In this document: positions 24,001 through 36,000 of the stretch, one piece after another
Numbering within the stretch: position 1 is the stretch's first letter
Layout of the letters: each line of letters starts with the position of its first letter
Source of the DNA: Candidatus Omnitrophota bacterium
Lineage (GTDB): Bacteria > Omnitrophota > Gorgyraeia > Gygaellales > Profunditerraquicolaceae
Length of the DNA: 40,515 nucleotides
Direction of reading: 5' to 3'
Assembly (NCBI GenBank): GCA_026387385.1
Contig: JAPLLU010000087.1
Coordinates: forward strand, 1 to 40,515
The notes under the pieces: generated by a model
Told to the model about the DNA's origin: nothing
The model's database searches: none
What the model saw: the letters and a program-made list of their open reading frames with translations, nothing else
Made by a program: the position numbers and the translations under genes

Positions 24001-27000
24001 TCAACCCCAGAACCTCAACCTCGACCCTATGCTCTGCCAGTGCCAGAAGAATTCAAGGCAAAAGCAGAAGGAATATTTGGTAAAGATTGGATATCGCAGG
24101 TATTTTCCATAGAGGATTTTGAAACATTAAAGGTAACTCAAGAGATTAAGGAAAGATTCGCTAACCTAGGTATAGACCAGGAAAAATTAAAAGAAATCCT
24201 TCAAGGAATTATAAGCCGTGCGCCTCCTGGGTCTAAATTTGTATTTACCACTAATGAAGAATATTTAAAAGATACTAAAGGAAGAATCCGCGTCATTGCT
24301 TTCAATGCGGCTGAGAACATCTTCTATATCCATCCTTGGTATTTAGAATTATCCGCTAATCCTGCCCTAAAACCCCTGATTGATGACCTCTGGCGCCACG
24401 AATACAGCGAATTTGGAAATAAAGGCCTTTCTCAAGAAGCTGCCCACGCCGCAGCCTGCCAGGCAAGTTATGATTATTTCAAAACCCACCAGAAGGAATT
24501 AGAGCAATTCTTAAAAGCAGTCAAGCAATTTAGCATAGAACTGGATGAAAATTATCTGAGTGTATTGCAAGGCATCCTTGTTTCTTCTAAAGTGATCAGC
24601 GGCAAGAGACAAACCACCACCTCAGCAATTAAGACTGATAATAACTCATCTCTGCTTAACGATGGCGGTATTCCTGTAAAGAGCGAATGTGATAATTTAG
24701 TAGCAAAAATACAGGAGGCATTCTCCGGTATACCGGGGAAATTAGCTAAGGATTTGTTAGAATCTAACCTTGAATTCTGGAAGGAAGTATTCAATAAGCA
24801 CGGCAAGGTTATCTATATCGGAAAATCTAATATCAAACAATTAGAAAAAGATTATCCTAAAACATGGATGACTATCCTGAAGATTTTAAGAGAAAAAATG
24901 CGGGTTACATTTAAAGGCGTCTCTATGCTTGAGCTGCAAAAGATGGCCACTGACTGGCCAAAAATATTACTGTTTATCTTCAAAGACGAAAAAGAATTCG
25001 AGGATATTGAGGCAAAACTGGCTTATGATAGTAAGGGTATTCCATTGGAAAAAGTTAAATTAGAATCAGATATATTAAAAATCCAACAATTTCTCTTAGA
25101 AAATAATTTGGAGGGATTAAAGAGTGTTGTCTCTACTCATAATTATCCCGTAGTTTTAGAAGTGGCTAAGACAATTAAGGCACTCTCTAAACCAGAAATC
25201 CGTAAAATAGCTATGAGATATTATTTTTACAACTGGATAGATGTTCTCAAGACCTTAATGCAGATAAGAGAGATTCAGGAACTAATTGCAAATGGTCAGT
25301 TAGAGCAAATAAAAGTTAAATTCCCGCAGATTGCCTCTGAGGTTATAGAATTAAAGGGGAAAATTAAATCTTTATCTGATACCGACATCTGGGAATTAAT
25401 AACAGAGCATTATTATAGTGCCTGGTTTAAAGTTTTAAAAGATAGAAATCCGCACAAGACAACCTTAGTTGGCGGGAAAGAAAATACCCGGAAAGACCGC
25501 AACACAACTATGCTAACCGATGGCGGCACAAGCAAAAACTCTTTTATGGCAGATACCAAACTCATCCTGGCTGAACTTGATAAATTAATGAAGGATGAGG
25601 TAAATACATTAGTTAAAACTTCCGAAGGATATGATATTAAGATATTTGGCATAAGGGGAGTAGGTGCAATGCTGGTTCCTTCTGAGTTTGGCATTGAATT
25701 CCGGAAAGATAAGGCAGTTCTCTTTATGTCTAAAGAAGTCATTGATTTATTTACATCAATAATACGAAAGAATAGAAAGTTCTTTATGAGTCTCTCCCGG
25801 GAAACTAGATTAGGAATCCAGGGGGCAGATGAATTTAAAGGACCTATTTCACCGCTAGTTCATAAAAAACGAGCTATTTTAACACTTATTCGCGAAAGGA
25901 TGGATATTGTTTCAGAGAAGTTACCCGCATATTATCCTATATTCGCCGCTTTAGCCGAAAGGGATCTGCCTATAGTTGAAATTAAAAAGATGCAAGAGTT
26001 AGCCGGTATGAGTTCGACACGGAAGCTTATTTCTTTATATCAACCAGCTAAGTTTACATTTGATTTGCAGGCAGAAGATGTCCCGATGCTTGAGATAGCA
26101 AAGAGGCTGCTTGTGAAATTTGAAGGCGAGGGCGACATAGTATATTCGCTGCAGGCTCACGGATTATGGTTATTAGAAAAATTATATAAAGGCGTAAGGT
26201 ATGAACAGAAACAAAAGGAAACGCATAATTCTATTGAATCCTTTATTGGTGAATATATCCAAAATAACACAAATATCAAAGATGTAGTAGAGGCATTTAA
26301 AGCGCAAGCCGCGTTTAAGAGCCAATCAGCATTCAACGCCCATGTCATTAGTACTCAAAGCATAAATAATAGGGAGTTCATAGACGAATTAATGGAAAGA
26401 TACCCTGAAGAAGCAAAAAGCCTGCAGTGTGCGCTTTATGCGCTCGGATATTCAACACTATGCGATTTGCTTTTAGGGGCTACTTATGAAAGGAATCAGA
26501 AAGAAAGGCATAGGTCTATAGAAGAGTTTATTGTCGAATATGTTCAGCAAATAACAGACATTAAGGACGTAAAGTATGCATTCAAGAAACAATCAGCATA
26601 CGGTGCTTTATCCAAATTTATTACTCACTTTATTAACCTAGAGAAAGTTGATAAGAGAACATTAACAGATGCGTTAATGAAGGAATACCCGAATTTAAGG
26701 AGTTTGCAGTTGGCCCTCAGGTATCTCGGATATACAAGTTTATACAAACTTATTGTTGGCGCGGTATTCGAAGAGAAACAGAAAGATAAAGGAAGATCTA
26801 TCGAGCAGTTCATTAAAAATAAAGAAGGTAAGGATAAGAAGGCTTTAGTAAGAGAGTTAGTTAATGCTTATCCTCAAACATGGAACTTTGAATATGCATT
26901 GCGCTATTTAGGACGATATGACCTAATACACTTTCTCCGAATCTATAAAATTGATAATCATGCCGGAGAATTTATTAATCAAGCACTCGATGGCGGGAGG

Positions 27001-30000
27001 ATACAGAATATTTGGCGTAAGTTCGATGAAGGCTCAGAAGCCATTATTTATGTTGGAACGCCGGGTAAGGTTGAAGCGTACGAAAAGGCCATCAGCTTGC
27101 CTGAGTCTTTGCGAGTGGCAAAACGCGTGCATTGGGGTAAGACTAAAGCAGGATACGCATCATTCTTAAAACACCTCATTTTACGCGTATTGGACGATTA
27201 TTTTGTGCAGAAAGGAACGTATAGTGTAAATCATATTCCTCAGCCGTTGGGGTTCTTTGATACTGGTTATTACTACATTTTTGTTGAAGGAGTAGAAGCG
27301 TTTTCATTGGATAGGATAGATAATGGCTTTAGGAAGTACCCGATTAGGATAAAAGAAGAAAATATTTTTACATACAACTTCGCAGGGTTTGGTTTTAAGT
27401 TATACGTCGATGAGGTTAATACTGAAGATAATATTGCACAAAATATTATTCATGAGGATTGTAAAGATGAAGATTTACTTTCCGAGCACTGGAAAAAGAT
27501 AGATTTTGGTTCTCAGAGTACCGTGTTTAACATAGGCCAGTTCTTAAAAACCCTTGAGGATTACCGCGATTCTCTGCAGGAAATTTTAGGATGGAAATAC
27601 GATTTGGTTAAATTAGCAGGCCAATATCTTAAGGTTCAACATGCAATTAGTGAATCTGTGGTCGATTCTGATAGACAGGAGTTGCATAATTTAGTAAGCA
27701 GATATTTAGATGAAACAGCCGATAAATTAAGAGCAAAGCAGGACGGCGGCAATATAATCCTGCCTCCAAGCACCACTATCCCCAGCCTCAGCGGTTACAA
27801 TAAAGCCAACTTTAAAGGTAAAATCATCTTTATAAGAGTAGATTTCAATGTCTCAGATGAGACCGGCAAGATTAAATCCGTAAAGAGAATACTTGAGGCT
27901 ATGCCTACCCTGGTTTATTTGATGGAGGCAGGTGCTACCATAGTCCTGGCCTCACACAATGGCAGGCCTTCTGGTAAGGTCGTCCCTGAACTCTCCATGG
28001 GCCCGGTAGCGATTAAACTAGCTGAACTCTTAAAGGAAAAAGGATATCAAATAGAGGTAAACTTCTTAAGCCAAAGCATCACCGAGAGCGGTTTAGCCGA
28101 AGGCCTAAAGGAAAAGATCAAGCCAGGAGCGATCAATGTCTTAGAGAACACCCGCTTCTTTAAAGGGGAAGAGAAGAACGACGCAACATTTGCCAGGCAG
28201 CTTGCAGAACTGGTAGATAACCAGATCTTCCTCTTTGATGCCTTTGGTACAGCTGAGCGGGTGCATAGCTCTACCGGTGGAGTAGCTAATTACACTAAAG
28301 AGATCCTCCTGGGCTTCCTGATGGAAAAGGAGTTCAGATATTTACAGGGCGCATTGGATAGCCTCTATGGCCTGATTATAGGCGGCGGCCCCAAGGTCAG
28401 CGAGAAGGTGCCTGTAGTCAAGAACGTCATCAAAAACATTGCCAAAGGCGGCTTCATTGTTATCGGCACCGGCCCAGCTCCGGCCTTCTTAAAGAATCTC
28501 TACAACATAGATCTTGCCCAGAAACCCAGCGATGCTGACTTAAAAGATGCCCAGGAGATAATCACTCTGGCCAAAGAAAAAGAAGTAAGGGTCATCTTAC
28601 CAGAAGATTTTGTCTTAATCGATAAGAGCCTCCTGGATAAGGCGGATGGAGAAAAGAACTATATCGACCTCAAGAAACTCCCCGCAGGCGCAAAAATATA
28701 TCGCTTAACCCTGGAACAACTGAAAACCGGCAAGTTCATTGATGATACTGCTACAGAAGTCTTAGTCAGCAGCCTCTACATCTATGATATAGGTAAGCAA
28801 AGCGAGGTCTCCTTAAAAGAAATCATCCTCAATACCCCAGCAACTCACGCCGTCTTCTACAACGGAAATGTGGGAGTAGAGGAGCTCTTGGAATTTAGCC
28901 CTGGCTCAAAGGCTATTGCCCAGGCCTTGGCAGAGGCCACCGCAAAAGGAATAATCACAGTCATAGGTGGAGGAGACACCACCAAGTCCGCAGAGAAGAA
29001 CAAGGTTGATACCAAGGTCACCCACTGTTCTACCGGCGGCGGCGCCTCAGCTGCCTTCTTAAAAGGCGAACAGCTGGCAGTGGTAAAAGAATTAGAGCGG
29101 ATCATCAGCGAGAGAAAATCCGCTCCCGCCAAACTCTTATGCGACGGCGGCAATATAATTCTACCTCTAAGCACCACTACCCTCATACTCAGCGCTTACA
29201 ATAAAGACAACGAAGGTAAAGAGACTTTGAGTAATATAGAAAAATGCTCCTTACTCAAGAATAAGTTTTTTGACGGTGATGATGCTAAAATTCTCGCTGC
29301 CTTCATTCAGTGGTTGAAGGAATATAGAGCAAAATTAAACCAGCGGCTTTCCTACGAGGTATTATTGGATAAAGAATACCTCATGGTAACTGATGAAAAA
29401 GGCAATTATTCAGGCGCAATCAGGCCAAGAGAACTTTGCCACATAGACGGAACCTGGCATAGGTCAGTGTTTGTTTTCGTTATAGATAAAGAGGGCAAGA
29501 TATTACGGCAACAGCGTTCTTTCAAAAAGGAATTATATCCCGGAGCCTATGACATTTCTGTAGGAGCGCACATCTGTTGTTTTGATGCGGATTCACGCTC
29601 AGCAGCAGCAAGAGAGTTGCTGGAAGAACTTTTCTCGGGAGAATGTTGGATTGATAAATCACGTTTAGTCCAGATAACGCAAGATGGCGAAATAGTACAT
29701 CAAATGGTCTATGCTTCGGATAGGCAGAATAATGAGCGCGCCACAGTATTCGTTTTTCATATCCAAGAAGAAGAAAAAAATAAAATTAAGTATCAGGAAG
29801 AAGAAGTTTTGGCTTCCGGGTGCAAGTGGGTTGATCTTGAAAGTGAAAGGATTGAATTTGAGAAACATCCTGAGCTGTATGCAGGCGCTTTCCAGAGAAT
29901 GTTTACAGAAAATGGTAGTAGCGATTTGCATTTAAGGGTAATGTCCCGCTTAAATAAAATAATTGATTTGATAAAACAGGGCGGGGTTGAGCAGATAGGA

Positions 30001-33000
30001 GAATTGGATATAGACAAAGATAGAGTGAATATTGGAAAAGTTGAGGGAAAACTTGATGGCGGTAAGGAGGAATTTAAGCAGCTGGCAGATATTATTGCTG
30101 AGAGGTTAACGGCCGACATTAAAATTGATAATGACAACTACATACGGCTAGAAGAATTAGTGGGCGGAGAGCTGACAGCGGAATCAATTGATTTTTCTCC
30201 TGCTAAGGAATGGCTTATCTACCCAACATATGATGATAAAGTAATCATATATGAAACTGTAGGTAAGAGAGTTTTAACGGAACAGGAGCTGGATCAGGTA
30301 ATTAAGATGTTAACAGGCATGAACCTAAAGACAACCATTGTTCTCGTAGAAAAGGACAAGAAAACAATAGTTATAGATTTAGATTTTGCCACAATCGAAC
30401 GTTATGCTAAAGCCTTAAATCTCTTAGCCGCACAGCTTGATGAACGCTTGGTAGAAGCCATTGACAACATACACGATATTCCTTATCGGGATGGCAGTAT
30501 CATCAAAATGAAATTAATGAAACTGCCATTTAGGAATTTTAAATTTCCTGATGAGCTAATTAATTTCTTGGTTAGATTTTTTAAAGTAAGGACAGCTACA
30601 TCGCCGTTATCCAAAAAATCCCTTGATTGGCTGATAGATCAATACATGCAAAAAGAAAATTATGGCCTAGATGTGCAGTCAGTATTAAAAGAGGGCAAGA
30701 AAGAATGTCAGAAGAAGTTAGCTGCTATAGAGGAATCAAAAGCAATAGCTGCTGATCCGCATTTAATGCCGGAACAAAAGGTCGGACAATTAGGTGTGGG
30801 TATTATCTATAGTGAAGAAGAAACAAACAAAGAGCTGGATATTATAGATTATCTTTTCGAGATGTTCCTCCCAGAGAAAACATTGCTTACGTTAAAGGCC
30901 TTAAGTAAATTGCAAGAAGAAAGAAATATCGTTGAATCGGTCAGAGGAGATCAATATTACTTAGATTTTAATTGCGGTATCAAAGCCATTAACGAGATAT
31001 GCGAGCATAAACCACTATTGAGTGAAGTGGAGATAGTAGATGGAAAAGGCACAAGATTAGATATTGAGGAACCCGATGAGAAAGTATTAGAAAAATTACT
31101 CGAGCAACATAAAAAAGAGATAATGTATGACTTATTAGAACAAAGTTATCCTGTTAAATTCTTAATTTCTCTTAAGAATTTCAATACAGGTGAGAAATTC
31201 TATGGTGCATATTATGAAGGGCATATTGATGAGGAAGGCAATATCTGGATTGAAGAAGTTAATTTCTTGATGTTAGGAAGAGGTCTGTTTAAAGCCATAA
31301 GTGCACTCATCTCTAAATACCTTAAACAGCTCCCACATAATATTAAGGTTAAGCTGTACATTTGGGAATTGAATTCTCTCATTGAGCTGGCAGAGAGCTG
31401 TATTAATTTTACAGATACCTGTGAGGAAAAAATTAAAGAAAGGTTGTCAAATCAAGAATGCAAGGAAGCGCTGTATAATTTACGTAGCAATATACCTTTA
31501 TGTAAAGAAATCAGAGACAGTCAGCTTGCATTCGGCTTTGGCTCAGAGCGCAGAGAGTGCATTTTAACCATGTTAGATAACCTGTATGAACTTCTGTTGG
31601 CTTGCGAGAAATCGCCATGTGACCCTGATAAAACATTATGGGGGCATATCTACATAGACTATATGAATTTATTCAATGTAGAAATAAAAGCAGTTAAGGA
31701 TGAACATGGGCAGAAGTCATTGCTATTAGTTGGTGATACAAATCCGGGCAGGTCTCTTGAGGGATTAGAATCCATAGGGCCAGAACATATAAATCCGAAG
31801 CCAGAAGAAGCGTTTGACGGAGGCAAGAAAGAGAAGGCCAAGCAAGTAAATAAATCCCAGAAAAACGATGGCGGAAATATTAAGCCTGCTAATATTGAGG
31901 TCGATGATTTAATAGATGAACTGAAAAACAAAGGAAAAATTAAGATTCGCGCCAATGACGGAGTAGAGTTTGAGTTTAGATTAAGAATCTTATGGGATGG
32001 TATGTACACTATAGAAGTTTACAAGGGAAGGGATAATATAGGTCGCGTTGACTTTGAGCTGGGAGGCATAGGTTATAGTAGTTTTGAACGCGCTCTCTCG
32101 GATAATGAACCTATAAAAGTTACAGAGAAAAATTATAAAGGTATAGGCAGGGCTTTAGTTTCGTTAGCACTTGGCCTATCAAGAGAAGAAGGTTTAAAAT
32201 GCTTTATTGCGTGGATGTCAGTAGCAGATTCATTTTGGTTAGGTTTAGGTTTTGAAAGAATAGGTGATTCATCTAATTTTAAATTCGACCTGATAAACAA
32301 AATCATACCTCCTATAGAGATAGTCGCAGAGAATACCATCTATCCCATTCCTGTCCTCCGTGGCCGGTGGGAAGAGGCAACTGTTTTCTCCCCGCGAGGC
32401 TTAAACTCTAACCAGGTCTTTTCTTTTGTCTCCGATGAGAAAACGCTTACAGACGGTGGAAGGCAATATTCTCAAGAAACGCCTCAGGAGAAATATGCAA
32501 GAATTACACATAATTTGGATAAATTAAAAGATGATGGAATTTTAATATTAAAGTTAAGAAGAACCGTTAAGCCATATAGGCTAGATATCTACTCTGCTGT
32601 ATATCTGCCGATTAATATAGCTATTTATTATAAAAATAAATCTCTCTTGGATGTTGCAAAGATAGTAATAGAAGTAGAATCTGATGGATACAATCGCCCC
32701 GTTTACTTTAGAGAAGTACCTGCCGAGAATATTTCAATACTTAATGTTGCTTTAAGCAGAGAAGTAAAGTTTGATAGTTTAGCATTACAAAATATTTCTT
32801 ATGTTGAGAAAAATAGTAGATTTGATATTGCGTTCAGTAAAGATTTCTTGCAGTCCTTCGAAGCTCTTGGAATACCAAAATATTATGCATTTAAATATGG
32901 CTCTTGCAGATTTGTTGCTCAGCCTGAAGCAGAACAAAAATTATTACTTGATGGTGGTCAAAAAGATAAAACTGCAGTTATTGCTTTAGGCGGTAATGCC

Positions 33001-36000
33001 TTCTTTAAGGAGATAGGTGGAGAGCCATATAATAAACAGTTAGAGAATCTCTCCCAGATGCTTGAGCCTGTAGTAGGGCTCATCAAGAATGATTACCAGG
33101 TAGTGATAACCCATGGTAACGGACCTCAGGTGGGAGATAGAATGCTGGAGAACGAGCGGTTTGTTGAGGAGAAAGGTAATGTTAAACGCCTGCCTCTTGA
33201 TGCACTTGTGGCTGAGACTCAGGGTGCAATGGGGTATATGATAGAGATGGCCTTACAGAGGTTGCTTATAAAGGAAGGCCTTCAGCGAACTACCGCTACT
33301 GTGCTTACTCAAGTAGTCGTGGATAAAAATGACCCAGCCTTTAATAATCCGACAAAGCCAGTTGGCCCCTATTATTCCCAAGGGCAGGCGGAAAAATTAA
33401 TAAAAGAAAGAGCCTGGAAAATGGTAGAAGTCCTGAACCGAGGCTGGAGAAGATTAGTCCCATCGCCAGCTCCAAAAGAAATCGCCAGCCTTAGCGTGAT
33501 TGAGAGGTTATTAAGAGACAATTGCGTTGTTATTGCCTGTGGTGGCGGCGGCATACCGGTTTATAAAACAGAAGGGAAGTCTCAAGAGGGAGTAGAAGCA
33601 GTAATTGATAAGGATCGGGCCTCCAGTTTACTTGCAGTTAAACTCAACGCCGATAAATTTATCATTTTAACTGAGGTAGCCGGCGTTTACTTAAATTTCG
33701 GTAAAGAAAATCAGCAAGCACTTAATGAAATAAGTATCGCCCAAGCAGAAAAATATTTGTCTGAAGGCCATTTCCCAACAGGCAGCATGGGACCTAAAAT
33801 TGAATCTGCCATTGCCTTTGTCAAAGCTACCGGCAATAAAGCTATTATTGCAAACGAGAAGAGTATTCAAGACGGATCATATACTTCAATTGTAGAACAA
33901 TTCAGTCAAACTAGACTCATGGCGGATGGAGGCAATAGCCAGCAGACAAAACTTTCTTCTGTGATTGAAGAACTCAAGTCCAGCTCTAAGTTCGTGCGTC
34001 AAACGGCATTATCCTTTGTTAAAGAATATATTCTTAAAGACAGACCGCAAATCCACCGATATCCCGAAGAGAAATATTATGAATTGATTGAAATGCTCAA
34101 TAGTCTGATTGAAGACGAACGGATCAATACCAACAATATTCTCTTAGCTAATCAAGTGAGTGAGTTCTATGATTGGTTGATAGATATATTCGTCCAAAAA
34201 GAAGATTTCATTACGGTCATCGCAGATAACAAGTCAACTTTTGATAAGGAAAAATCCAGATTAATTGAGAGCCATATTTCAGGCTTCAATCTTTCCTTCC
34301 AACAGGGATTAATAAAAGAGGCGTTTAATTCCAAGATGGTTATCATCTCTAATGAAAAAGGAAAATATTCTTCAGAAAGCATAGCTAAATTTGTAAGAAA
34401 AGCTCCTAAGGACATTTTGATAGTTATCCATCAAGGGGCCAGTTTTGACGACAACTATATTCCGTTTATTAAAGGTACGCAGAAAATTATTATCCTGAGC
34501 ACATTTCCGCAAGGGCTTAAGCTGGCAGGAGAGCCTTTAGCTTATTCTATTTCCAGGAAAGATATTAGGGAACTTCTGCTTAAAGTTAAGAACCCTTTCA
34601 ATATAAATATTATTGATCTTTTAGTTGCGTTACACGTTATTGCAGAGTGCGTCACAGAGCCTATTAAGGAGGCAAAAGCCAAATTTATAGTTGAGGAGGA
34701 TGCTTATCAGATAGAATTACGCTCTATGATAAGAGCGGCTATCCAGAATCCCGGGCTTCAACCCTATATCCCTGGCAAGGGACCAAAAGAAATTTGGACT
34801 GAATTAAATGAGCTGTATCCTAGGAAATACAAACCTGAAGATATCGGCAAACTATCCTCTAATGAAAATCCAGAGATTCTTCCCTTAAAGGCAAGAAAGG
34901 CTTTAGTAGGGTTATTGCTGTCTGCGATGCAAGGAAAACCTTTTGATTACCAGAGAGAATTACAAAAAACCAAGGAGATTATCTCCCGGCAGTTAGGTAT
35001 TGAAGACAGACAGATTTTCTTAGGCAACGGCGCATCCGAGGCAGTGGGAAGAATTATCTCTGCCTTAGCTAAGGAAGGAGACACTATAGTTTTCCCTGAG
35101 AAGACATTTACGCTATATCCTTTAGTAGCAATGGCTCAAGGGTTGAATATGATTATGGTCAAAAACAAGATGAATCTTGAAGAGGGATATATTGATACTG
35201 ATTTTGAAGGCCTTTTGAAAGCAGTTAGCAATAATAAACCGCGATTATTAATATTAGTCAATCCCCGCAATCCCCTCGGGTTGGTAATCACTAGAAAAGA
35301 ACTGAATAGCTTTATTTCCCAAGTTAAAGCAGCCTCACCGAGTACTATAATTATCATTGATGAGGCGTATTATGAATTTGCAAAATATCAAGCAGGGCAA
35401 GAAGGCTGGGAATACCCAAAGACCATACGAGACTATATTAGAAAGAATGATAAAAACATTATTGTAATCCGGAGCTTCTCAAAAATATTAGGCCTTGCAG
35501 GTATGCGCGCGGGTTATGCCATAGCGCACGCCGATATTATTAAGAAACTCGAGAGAATAAAACGATCCTACAATGTTAACGCCTGGGCCTTGCCCCTGAT
35601 TAGAGAAGGCATAAGACAAAAGGCCTGGATTAAAGAGCAGTGTAAAAGCAACTATGAGAATAGGCAGTATCTTTTAGAGAACCTTAAAAATCATCCTCAG
35701 CTCGATTACATTAGAAAAAAGAGAACCTCAGGTAATTTCTTATGTCTATGGGTAAAATCCGGCTATGATGTTAAGGAAGTTATGAATAAAATTAAAAAAG
35801 AGGGCCTGATTATCCGTCCTGTTGGGGAGCGGTTTATTCGGGTAAGCCTGGGTGGGACCTGGCAGCAACTGGGCAGATTAGTTGCTTCTGAGTCGGATTT
35901 AATTCTGGTGGTAACCCATGACAAGCCAAAACGCAAAACCCATAAAAATATATCTTTACTTTTGGACAGTCATGATGTGTTCATCAACAAATTTATTATT

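Noticed and set aside
21724-24411. Calling the HE motifs canonical HExxH metalloproteases
   Set aside because: Both read HExxE, so they are kept only as zincin-like candidates.
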